A DNA stretch of 59,537 nucleotides, the filler included, from Sphacelaria rigidula (taxonomy: Eukaryota): assembly GCA_964200075.2 (NCBI GenBank). It is 8 parts of 8 records of this genome, joined end to end, with 100 filler letters (N's around TTAATTAATTAA, not from the genome) between each part and the next. Parts side by side here need not be neighbours in the genome. Positions count along the whole stretch, not along the records: positions 1 to 7,356 come from CAXNAA020015279.1; positions 7,457 to 14,812 come from CAXNAA020015280.1; 6 more parts are not named here. One strand, written 5' to 3'. The notes below the pieces were generated by a model. It worked only from the letters and a program-made list of their open reading frames with translations. It was not told where the DNA came from and did not search any database. Positions 1-10,901 of this stretch are shown here, piece after piece (positions within the stretch are counted from its first letter, which is position 1; each line of letters opens with the position of its first letter). Made by a program: the position numbers and the translations under genes.

Positions 1-44
1 TGGGGGATCAGTTAAAGTGCGACAATCAATCAATCAATCAATCA
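1..44 (+). mobile_element. 3' end of a (CAAT)n-tailed retroposon (family A)
   Basis: GGGGGATCAGTTAAAGTGCGACAATCAATCAATC; homologous copies at 10214-10540 (-), 29824-29930 (+) and 34425-34517 (+). Confidence 0.8.
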
Positions 45-999
45 CCCCCTGCTGTTGATGCTCCGCACACAGAGTACTGTTTTATTCAGCAATTATACAC
101 CTTGCCTTGCATCCCTTCATGCATGTGCTTTACCAATCGGTCCAAGCAGGTGGAAGATGACGCTATGAAGATCACGGCAGAGTACAAGCAAGTTTCATTG
201 ACCCTCACCGACAATGTCTCGGCTCCGGTCATGACTGCTCTCGGTGGATTCTATACCAAGCTGATGGTAACTCGTTCGATGTCGGGTGCATGTTGATAAC
301 GGATACGTACTTGTAGAGGAAACCATCGAAACGGGTCGTATAGGTTGTTGTAGGTATCTGGTACAGACTTCCCGTTGATACATGCAACGCGACATTGTCT
401 ATCGACAAAAATATATGAAGCTGTTGTCAGCAGTGCTAGTACATCCCTTCAACTTCGTAGAACTCGAGGCAACGGATGGCATACGGGACTGACTGACCAG
501 GGGGGCGTCATCTTTCCCATTTTTGCTCACCAAACACCTTTTCCCACACTTCCTCGTGCCCGTCTATTTTCCTCTTCACCATGTGAATCGGTAAGTAGGA
601 CATCAACAACATATTCGCATCATTCTCCACTGTCCACAAGTGGAGCTTACACGACTGATGCATTAGAAATATTCGAATTCATATTCCCTGTATACGAGTA
701 ATGCCAGGATAGCGCCCCCCCCCAATCCATCTCGAAAGGAATGCGTAGTCAATGGTCAAACGACTACGACAAGCAACAAATGGGTACGCTCCCAATCCAT
801 CCCCAAATCTGTCACGAAAAAGACGGTCGTACAGCGTATAAATTCCGCAAGATGATCGACATTGGCGAAAACGATCTCAAGCGTGGGAGTTCCCAGCTGC
901 TCGGTGTGCTCGGTTTTTCTCATTTGAGTTACATGTAGATTTGGCCTCTTCAAGCCAGCCATTTTTCTGTAAAGGGCAATCGCGACATCAGTGATACCG

Positions 1000-3900
1000 T
1001 CGTTATCTTTTCACGTGTCAGGTGTCAGCTTCATGCGGTATGCCTTTGCGTGAATTTTTCTATGCAGTGCAGCCGTGACTCGGTGGTGTGGCCGGTCCGA
1101 GTACAACGGTCAGTTGAGGCGGAAGGATGCCGGTTTGGACCCCGGCAGATAAAGGCATATCCTGTGTCATCGGGTGCAGCAAGCGCCCTCCAGGCCAAAC
1201 CGCACTGTGCTTTGATGGGAATATACAGGGTGCTGAAACCATCCTTCAACATTCGCTCAAGTCTCCATTTTACCTCGGTTTCTCCATCACCTCGTTATTT
1301 TACGTTTTTCGCCCACCGCAAACACGTGGCGGCAAGCATCCATTTCCGAGTTTTGGGAAACATGGAAATAGTTCACCATCGAAAACATCAAGGGTGTCGC
1401 TACACTTACGAATAATGCAGTGGAGGACTAAGAAAAAGGTATAGTAGAGTCTCCATATTCCTCAAGAGGAGGTACGGTCGACCGGCGTACCGTGCATGCC
1501 TCAGCACGTGCCTAGGTGCGTTTAAGCCACGGCAAGACCCAGAAGCCATATGGATAGATGCAGGATCGACGTGACGTACTTACTTTGAGGGTACTGTACT
1601 ACGCCGTCCGGATGCTTTCTTCTCAATTGGGCGGCATGAACCCGTCAAAAGCAAGAAATGGGGAAAATGGACAATATGCTCTGAAATACTCTTCACGAAA
1701 CAGTAGGGGTCAACCACTGTTGTTTCTTTTTTTCTCACCATAAGTTGATATTATCGCACGATCGAATGCTCGCCCTTTTTCGGCTCGAGAGCGTACTTCC
1801 AATTCTTTGCACGGCTATATCATTTAAACTTGTGTTTCAGCGAGTTGTTCCATCCGCACGGGCAAATCACGGATAGAAGTACAAGTTGAGTACAACATCC
1901 AAGCCTCAGAAAATTGGAGCGCACCTCTTCGGAATACGGCTCAGTCACCCGTATCGTGAGATTGCTAATCGAGGAATCCGATGCATTGTTTACGTTGGCA
2001 ACTGTTTTGTTTTCGGTGGACTACAGCACCTCAGGTCGGGGAGCATTCGGTTGTATGCGTAGTCTTGGGTGGAATGGATACTGTATGGTTGTTGCGATGG
2101 TGGTGGAAACAAATAAAGTGACATGTATCACCCCGTGTACGCTGCACATATCCAGAATTCCAAGTATATGTATAAATATCGTCTACTTCTGTTCCAAACA
2201 GCCGGCACCTAGCTGCTGTAGTACTTGACAGCACCATGCTGGCGCTCGCTTCCGCATACATGACACCACTACAGGTGGAGTGGGTTACGCCCGCGACCGA
2301 GGACGGGGTGGACTATGTCATAGTCTACGCGGAAACAGACGATCATCTAGCGAACACATATCAGAGCGCCAAGGCCGTGTCGCTCGCTTTGCACTCTTCC
2401 ACTGAGGTGAGATAGTTTACTCTAGGAGAATGTCGTTATCCACCACCCCTTTCGTTTCATGTGCGACGCGCAATGGTATACTTCCTCCACACCAGAAGTG
2501 AAGTCTTTCATGGGGTGCGGGTCGTATATCCCCAACGGAGGTGCTCCTCGTGCGATCCGTTGAGAGGATGAAGTCATGGAGATGCGCGCCGGAAGAAAAA
2601 TCCGACCCATACCGGGGAGATTTGGGTCGAAACTTGGGAATTTTTCGGGAATCCGTGTGGAACATACCAGGGTATCGGTGTGTTAGAGGGTGGGAACGTT
2701 GGAAAGCGTGGTAAAACATGGCGAGAAGGTCTTCATTTGTTCCTGGGGCTGTCTAACATCAAGTTTAAGTGATGGCGACGACGACGAGCCATTTATTTAT
2801 TTGTTTTTGGGAGGGGGGCGAAATACCGTCATTTTCGGGCCGAGTGATTTTATTCGGCGGCTGGCCCATGCAGGAGAACGCGAAGAAACGTTTTCACTGA
2901 AAATACGCCAACTATTTCAATATAATTATCGCCCAAGACAACTGGCACGGTTAAAGGCCCATGCGAACGTGAAACACTTCACTTATGGCACAGGGAAAGC
3001 ATTTGCGGTGGATGAATTTGGTGCTCGCTACCAAAAGCTCCAGATGTTTTTCATGGCCAGTTCGGCGTGGTAAAACACAAACGATCTGTTTATTAATATG
3101 CGGTGAGATGGTCACGAATATAGAATGCACCCTATATTGATGTACGGATGGGGACGTTAGCTCTCCCTCTATGTCCAACTCTCTTTGTCGAGTTCATCAG
3201 CGAAATGCTTGAGCATTGTTCCTTTTGAACACATTTTAGAACCAGTGCTATACACACTGGAAAGTGGCCCAATTTCGAACAGGGTACAATGTCTGAACTT
3301 TCCAGCACACAACAAGATTTCCTTCGCGAGGCTTCGACGCTCACAGCTAAAAACCAATGTGTTTCGGCCGCTACAGTTACTTGCTAAATACCCGATAGGT
3401 TTATACATCTGATGACCATCTGGGTTTTTTGGTATTGAGTAGGGCGATGTAATGCCCTCGACCACGTGGCAAGCATGCACTGTCGCTTGCTGAAAACTCT
3501 CATGGAAAGAGCGACTTGCGGGAACGTGCCAGTACGGGGGAGTTGAAAGTGTTCCGAAATGTGTAAACCTTCCAAACCTACCAAATGCGTGAAAAATTGA
3601 CCAAATGGACGTAGTATCACGGTCCTCGACTGTTCTTTCCTTTTTTTTCCAGTCAAACTTCACGTTTCTGCGAGGTGATTCTGAACGATCTGATCCCCGG
3701 GACTCTGGATGCGGCTGCCGAAGCTTGGGTTTCATACATAATCAGAATTTCCGTGCGAGTACCACAAAACCTGGTGCTGGTAACGCACGCGTTTCAGTAT
3801 GTGTGCTCTTCGCTGAGGTGAAAGGTTTTGGCTTGATAATTTGATTGATGTATGAACCTTGCCCGGCCTTTACCGTCGAGACTGAAGCTTCGTTTGATAA

Positions 3901-4200
3901 ACAAATGCGTCGCTGTTCTCCGGGGGCGAAGACAATTTGGACAGGCGTACACGATTGATGTACAAAATATGAACAGGCTGACACGAAAATCGACACTTGG
4001 GCGCGAAGCTATGAGGCGCAAAGCGATCGCAGCTAACAAGTGACCCCCCATATGCGCAGGTTCAATGTGTATTTTATCATGAGCCGCAAGGAGTGCTCGT
4101 TTTGCAGTTGTGCCGCCTTTGTATATTTTGCCTTCTGTACAGTTGCCACATTTGAACCTCGGATACATGAGTGTTGGGAGGACTACTAACGCCGGAGCCT
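1000..4200 (-). pseudogene. Heavily decayed DNA-transposon transposase, DUF6729/MULE-like
   Basis: Collinear minus-strand fragments YPRFKCGNC..RPSVDFRV, TLFEIGPL..LKHFAD, FYHAFQR..H, LKDGFSTLY..TGYAFICRGPN resemble the recalled motif order of this family; many stops and frameshifts. Confidence 0.35.
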
Positions 4201-6103
4201 TGAACCTTGTAATGTTTCTTACTTGGAGTGGAGTTGGTCGTTGGTGGTGCGTCTCTCGACGCCCTCTTCGAACTACATACAGCCATCACGCGTCCCTGTC
4301 CCTCCCCCTCAACCGATACTTTTTACGACCCGAGTGTGCCGCAATTTACATCACTTATGGGTACGATTGACATTTAACAATTTACAGATAATGATGAATG
4401 CTGGATAGTGATTCAACGGTAGGGTGCACTTTTTAGTCCAAACGATTTCCGAGGTTGCACACTATAGCCCACATGCTTGTCATCGAAAGGATTGCAAAGT
4501 GAGGAGCCTCAGGAAAACATTGTGCACCCCTACCGGAGAACCACTCTGGACAACTTTGGATGCTAGAGCTTTGACCCCTGCTCCAGCCGGCATCACGACC
4601 CCCGAATCTCCTCAAACCCGACAGCTTTTGCCGTTTTCTGCTACGCGGGGGGTTCGATAGCACTCCGCGGTTGTAAGTCAGAAAAACTGGAAAACGGTTT
4701 CGAGGAATTTCAATCAGCTCTCCGAGACTGTTCGGCTTTTAAAATAGCCGCGATTGAGCGCGTGCGTCGGATATCTCTCCAAAGTTTTGCTCGTATTTGT
4801 TTTTCAAATCCCCCCCTACACCCGTTTGCCACTAGACATGCCTTACAAAGTCTTATATGTTCTCTTCATGTCTGGCCTGAAAGGGTAATGCCATCAAATC
4901 GAGCACGACCCGGTCGGTTCACTTCCACCTTCTTGCCAACCTGTGCTTGTTATTCATCCGGCGCTGCTGAATTTCACGTCTCTCGTAGAACCTATCGTTG
5001 AAACAATTTTCAACCCAAGGCCTCACCGCAACGCCCGCCTGTCGTCACCTTCACTCCACTCGACAGTTGATCGTGCCGGCAGGTGCCTCGAACTACTCAG
5101 TATATCTACGCGGCTACAACTCAAGAAACGACACAATCTCGAGGAGTTCGGACAAGTTCCTGGTGACTTCAGAGTCTAAGATTGACCCTGACAACGCATG
5201 TCCGCAAGGGTCTCTGCCTCTATTGCGTGAAATGGAGGCGATTCCCGTGCCTGGCGTTATTCAGGTGAAGATTTGTAACACGCGATGTGAACAGCAAGCT
5301 ACACAAGCAATATCCTGTCCAATCGATGCCAGATGGACAAAGACTTCTCAAGTTTTTCACAAGCATTGTATGTCCCCGAAGCGTTCTTGCAACTGAACCT
5401 TCGACTCAAGAACGAGATGTTTCCGAAAGCGAATGGTTTTCGCAGTACATTGAAAATTACGGATGATCCCACGATGTGCGTGGCGTTTGTAAAGAGAAGA
5501 TTTGGTACATGAAATTTCTGCTAAGTTGTTGATCGGGTGTTCTGTAAGATGGCACCACATGCCACATCGTCCAGGTAGTGGTGTAGTTAATGTCACTGCG
5601 TTCGAAGTCTAGGTGGCATCAAGGTTTCCTGCTGTATATCACAGATTCTCAGCTACTCTACGCCAAAAGTCGCGCGGAAATGATCGGCGTCAGGGAGGGG
5701 GGGTACACCGAAATAGAGCAGCCTTTTTCATATTTTTTCGAAGCCGAGCGGTGTTGATACCTCACTGATTTCAACCACGTGCTTGTAGTATATATATCGG
5801 GAGTTTAGCACTATACTGAAATCTATGCACTCCGATATGTGGTTGAAGCAAGCAAACCTTCGTATTTGCCAGGCACCGCAGTACGTAAACTATGCATCAT
5901 ATTTCCGCGGCGCTTCTCGGTGTTCTAACTGGTACATGAACGTCCAGTTCGCGCGGAAGTTGTTGGAGCCGAACGTAGGAAGATACATATCCTCGAGCAT
6001 AACCTGGTGACCTCGTTGAACCCGTGAAAACACAAGTAGCAGCACAGTACGATGCGGTGCGGGATGCGAATCTAATCCATAATAACAAAATGTCACGGAG
6101 ACC

Positions 6104-6190
6104 CCGGAGACAGCCTGGCTGGTCCCTTGAAACCATGGACTCGTCCCGTGGGGGGGAAGGAGTCGACAGTGTGATAGAAACGACAACATA
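6104..6190 (+). mobile_element. ~90-bp short interspersed repeat (family B), diverged copy
   Basis: GGTCCCTTGAAACCATGGACTCGTCCCG..; similar to 43955-44050 and 44951-45040. Confidence 0.65.
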
Positions 6191-7356
6191 CCGAGTGGCC
6201 TTCGCCAGATTAGGGTGAAGCGGTTTGTAAGCGATCGTTCCTGGAAACGATGCCCGATTACCTCAGAGACGGCGAGTCAGGGCTCCCGCGACGGCCGAAC
6301 ACGGAGTGATCGATGGGCCCGCATTCGCTAAACATCTCGATAGATCGTGACAAACCCGCATTTTCCTGTGGTGAGTAGTATCGCCTAAGAATATTCCGTC
6401 GTCGCTCCAAATGATCAAACTGGTATTGACCTTCCTGGTTGGAATGATGACGCCGCTGCAAGCAGGCAGAAGACTTTGACGTTGGAGGAGAGGGAGTTGC
6501 ATACCACGACACCACTCCGGGAGACGAAGGGAAAACCAACTACAGAAAGGTGACGCGTGTGGGGGTGACATTTATTACAAGATACCCGGGAGAATAAACA
6601 GAAACGAGATAGAAAGGAAAGACATATTGGTTGGTATTGTGGTAGCTCATGTTGAAGGCGGGTAGCCAGAATTTTTCCGTGCAAGTGAGGCACACGTTGG
6701 TTTCCCAAACATCCTTGCACCTCTTGCTGGACACTCGACCAGAAACCGTCATTCAAGGGGGGTATGGCGTGGAAGAGGCGTCTAAAACGTCGGCTGACTC
6801 TCACAACTATTGCTGTTGCTTTCCCCCAGAGTCGAAGAATTGGCAATACCCCTCCCTCGTCCCCCTCCGTTTCCCCCCTTTTCCTAGCCACTCTATCTTT
6901 AGATTGAACTGATGCGCCTTCAGAAAGTGTCTTCAAAAGTAGCTACATTCGAATAAGCAACATTCGAAAACGAGTTTTGAGCAGAAGCAATTGCTTAGGT
7001 CCCTGAACAGTATAGCGCAGCAACATGTTTCTACCGTTTAGCTGTACCCCCGCTAGGCACAGGCAACACCATGCGTTTTGACGTTTACCGCGAAGCCGCA
7101 ACATCTTGGTGTATACGGTACCTCGGTTCCTGCGCCCATGTCGCTGGTAAAATTATGCTGGCGATCCCTCTTAACCCTATCGTCGCCACCCCCCGCCGAT
7201 CCCCGTCTCCTACATGATCGATCAAGGGCACACAGAAGCTTTGTTTCCCCACCCTCCTCCCTCAGCATACTGAACGCTTGTCTCGTGTAATTGCCTCCCC
7301 CCGCCCGCCCCCCGTCCCTCCCTTCCCCACCCCCCCCCCCCCCCCTCTGCAGCATC

Positions 7357-7456
7357 NNNNNNNNNNNNNNNNNNNNNNNNNNNNNNNNNNNNNNNNNNNN
7401 TTAATTAATTAANNNNNNNNNNNNNNNNNNNNNNNNNNNNNNNNNNNNNNNNNNNN
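7357..7456. other. Artificial contig spacer (N44-TTAATTAATTAA-N44)
   Basis: 100-bp spacer with stop codons in all six frames; identical copies recur every ~7.45 kb. Confidence 0.99.
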
Positions 7457-7609
7457 AGTCGCATGAAGGGTGGGCTGCATCCTGCCAAGATTGTTCGGCC
7501 CGTAGCCTACTGATGATCTTGCATTTAGATGACAGCCAACAATGAGTTGCTTTATTTTCTGTTATCGCCACTTCCAGATACAGCCACGGCTTATACACTG
7601 CCTCATGGG

Positions 7610-7803
7610 TGCGTCATGTGGTGGAAAGAATAAATAGGCCGAGCACTCGAGTCATTGCTCGTGGTGGAAAAAGGAATGACTCGAGCACGCGAGTCATACT
7701 TATGGCAAAAAAAAAAAATAACTCGAGCACACGCGTCATGCTCGTGGTGCTTTCAAAGACCACCAACGAGTGCACTCGTTCGGACGAGTAATGACTCGTC
7801 CGA
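7610..7803. repeat. Short array of ~42-43-bp units with dyad symmetry
   Basis: GAGCACNCG(A/C)GTCAT recurs at ~7641, 7683 and 7726, followed by the hairpin TCGGACGAGTAATGACTCGTCCGA. Confidence 0.6.
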
Positions 7804-7869
7804 TGCGTGAAAGGTTCACGCGTTGTGGGAGCGCTGGTGCAATTCTCGATACTACCAAAGTGTGAGGCA

Positions 7870-7960
7870 TGTACCGAGGCGGATATGGGTTGATTCCCCT
7901 GAGACTTCACACTACGGACTCGTCTCGCCGAGGAAGGGGAAGTGTCGAAAGTATGACGAG
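7870..7960 (+). mobile_element. Family B short interspersed repeat, diverged copy
   Basis: TACCGAGGCGGATATGGGTTGATTCCCCTGAGAC..CGGACTCGTCTCG..GAGGAAGGGG. Confidence 0.6.
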
Positions 7961-8849
7961 GGAACAAAAAAATAGAGATCTTGGCAACATCGAGGAGTAC
8001 ACCCTCAGGCGGCTACCGCCACTATTTTTTTAGGGTTCGACCAGGAACAGAACACAGCGAGTATGGCAAAAAACATGACGTATGACCTTCCTTGCTCCGT
8101 CCGGAGGTTACCGTAGCCGCGAGAGTAGTATACAAGACGCTAACGCCGATACGGAGGATCAGAAGGGGCCACGGACATTAGAGAGGCAACGCAATCATCG
8201 ATGAGGCAGGGTGGAGCGCCAGACTTTCCGCGACCGGCTTCTACAGCGCGAGAATCACTGTTGCGGCTCTCACTTGCCATGTATACGCAGAGCGCGTAGC
8301 ACCACTGGAGGACCCTCAGCGCTGGCACTATCCCCATGCTCCGTGACCACCCCCCGCCCCCCCCTGGGCGTTGGCGTTAACAGACAGCGGCGCTGTAAAG
8401 CACGCCACTCGTTGTGTTGTAACCCGTGGCCGTCTCTGGAAATGGCGACGCCATTAAATGAAGTCACTTGTTCGAGGCTGTCATCATGTGCAGGATGCGT
8501 AGTACACTTCCGGCCGAACGATCTTAGTAGGATGCCGATCAATCACCCTTCATGCAACTTGTCGAACACATCACGACGCTTCGCGCTTGGCGACTGGGAG
8601 CCCGGTCCGGCGGAAACCTGGCGTGCTAGGTCCCGGCCTTATAAGGATGCGGAGATAATGCTGAAACGACTACGTCATGCAAGATCACGTGTACACCCCC
8701 CAGTTGGTGAAAGCGACCCGTCCTTCAAATGAAATCTCGGCTCTTGCTCTCATGAAAAAAAAAAAAGTGATTCGGGGTCGAGCAACGGGTACCCCATAGG
8801 CACCGTGGCTTCTCTCTCTTCTCTGTTTTTTTAATTTATTCTCCTCATT

Positions 8850-8918
8850 TCTCACTCTTTTCCTTCCTCGGGACAATTCCATAGTCTCATGGGATCAACC
8901 CATCTCTCCTCCGGTACT
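8850..8918 (-). mobile_element. Family B short interspersed repeat, diverged copy
   Basis: Reverse complement reads GTACCGGAGGAGAGATGGGTTGATCCCATGAGACTATGG..TCCCGAGGAAGG. Confidence 0.65.
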
Positions 8919-10213
8919 CTATGTGCAGTACCGAGTGCCCAAGGAAGGGTTTCGACCTAGGGTCGAACCTCAGAAGAGTAGGGCGGGGCGTGCACTGCGC
9001 CAAGTTGGCTGGGAGTCTTGGCGGGTTCAACCCTCACACTGCCTTGAGCAAAGCTTTCCGAGCGCTCGAGGCGCCTACCTCACATGACTGCCGTGAGGCG
9101 GTCTAGCCGAGCCTCCGAGTAATCGGCACACGAATCCGCATGCGGGGTAAGTGTTGAATCAAGTTTCTTCCCTCCCTCGAGGAAAACAAGAAGAAGAGGA
9201 AGGGTATCAAGTAACGGCAAAGATCAACCATTTCAAACTACCTGGGATATTATCTGAAAAAAATGAGGATATCAGGGCTGGATGTTGAGATAGTTAGTCT
9301 TCAGCTGTTACAGATGGCGCAGTTTTTTTTTATTATCCTTTTGCTCAGGCGGGCGCGCGCGGGGGGGGGCGGGGGTCAAACTTCTGAAATGATTTTTTTT
9401 GCGTATTGTCTCAATATCTTTTCGTTTTCAAGGTGCGTAGCTTTGGCACTTTCAATCTTACGAAAGAGGACTGGCCTTATCTCATGTGCTCGTTTACCGT
9501 GTGAAATCAGAGATGCGGCCCACTACGACAAAATTAAATCGATTTAATTGTGGCGGGTCAAGTGATCCGATAAGAAGCCAGCCGCGGGTACAAGGTGAGA
9601 CGTATTTGAGGTAGGTGAACGGCGACACCACAAGCTGGAGAAGGCTTGACCAACGGGGGAGAAAATACATCTTGGTGAAAAAAAATGAGAAAAAATGGGA
9701 AAAAACGAGATGAGAAAAAGCAATAAAGCGCCGGGCTAAGATCGAGTACGGTGTCGAGAAACACTCCGACAAGCCTCTGACAGGCTTTCAGGATAGGAGG
9801 CCGTACAAAAAACAACAGCGACGTGGAAGCATGTTGCGACTCAAGCCATCTAGGGGACCACGCTAATTTTAGCACAGTAATGAAACTCAGCTCCCTTTTG
9901 CCTTCTGAAGTGGAAACTGAACTTCTCGCATGGGAGATAAAAGATTATACACACGTATGTTTATCATCGCTCCTCAGCGCTGTCAAGTCGAGCCCAGTGG
10001 CGTGTAAATCGGGACACACACGCCACGCCCGTCGGCGCTGCGGCAACGACAATAAGGGGCGAAAGAAACTCCGTGGGCAGGACTGTCGGCATACCACAAC
10101 GTAAGTGCGACACGAGGAATACCCCGCTACCCCTCTTACCCCCCCCACGTTGACAATTGTTTTTGGTCCTTCGGTCTAGATTTTTCTCAAAGACGGCAAC
10201 GATCCGCAAGTTT

Positions 10214-10540
10214 TGATTGATTGATTGATTGATTGTCGCACGTTAACTGACCCCCCAGGGGTCCAGCCGTGGTCTCATGATAGACGTGCCCAACAAAAAC
10301 GAAACTGAAACACACCGTGAAAAAAAGAAGGAACAGAACAAAACAAAAAGTCGACCAGAACGACATAGCAGACTGAGTCGTAACAAAAAAAAGTCAACAC
10401 AAGGCAAGTGATCGATGCCAAAGAGCACATTGCTGTCGGAAGTATTGTGTCCGAGATGTGCTTGCACACGAGGGTCTCTTGGCACTGAAGGAGCTTGCTC
10501 TTTGCGCGGACAAACCCAGGCTTGCAAGAATCACCATGTT
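10214..10540 (-). mobile_element. Family A retroposon 3' portion with (CAAT)n tail, longest copy in window
   Basis: Minus strand reads ..CATGAGACCACGGCTGGACCCCTGGGGGGTCAGTTAACGTGCGACAATCAATCAATC; extent beyond ~10330 is approximate. Confidence 0.75.
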
Positions 10541-10558
10541 GTAAAAAAAAAAAAGCTG

Positions 10559-10901
10559 GTCGTCTCGGTGGCTCAGTTGATAACCTCAAATCCTTCCGAC
10601 GGTTGGGTCGTGGGTTCAAATCTAGATGCAGTCACACGATCTCGGATTTTCCCTCACATATTGCCCAACAGGGGAGAGCGACTGTTTTGTGGGGACACAA
10701 ACTTCGACTTCACGTTCGACGAGGGAAAGGGATACCCCTCTTGCGATAAAAATTAAGGCAAGCACTACAGAAGAAAGGTGGACTAAAAAAAAAAACTGTG
10801 TTAGCCCTTCTCCTGTGTGACTCAGGCTGATGCGCCCACATATACGGAAAGGTGTCGACTGGTGTCCAGAATAGATGGGATGGCAAGACACAAACACACA
10901 C
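10559..10901 (+). mobile_element. tRNA-derived SINE
   Basis: Pol III A box TGGCTCAGTTG (10569) and B box GGTTCAAATC (10613) in a tRNA-like head, ~250-bp body, CA-rich tail; its 3' end recurs at 44732-44815. Confidence 0.75.

Noticed and set aside
7401..7412. Periodic TTAATTAATTAA motif every ~7.45 kb
   Set aside because: Artificial spacer inside N runs; ORFs ending in LIN or N at these sites are artefacts
10559..10635. Functional tRNA
   Set aside because: Cloverleaf is imperfect and continues into a repeated body and tail, so it is treated as a SINE head
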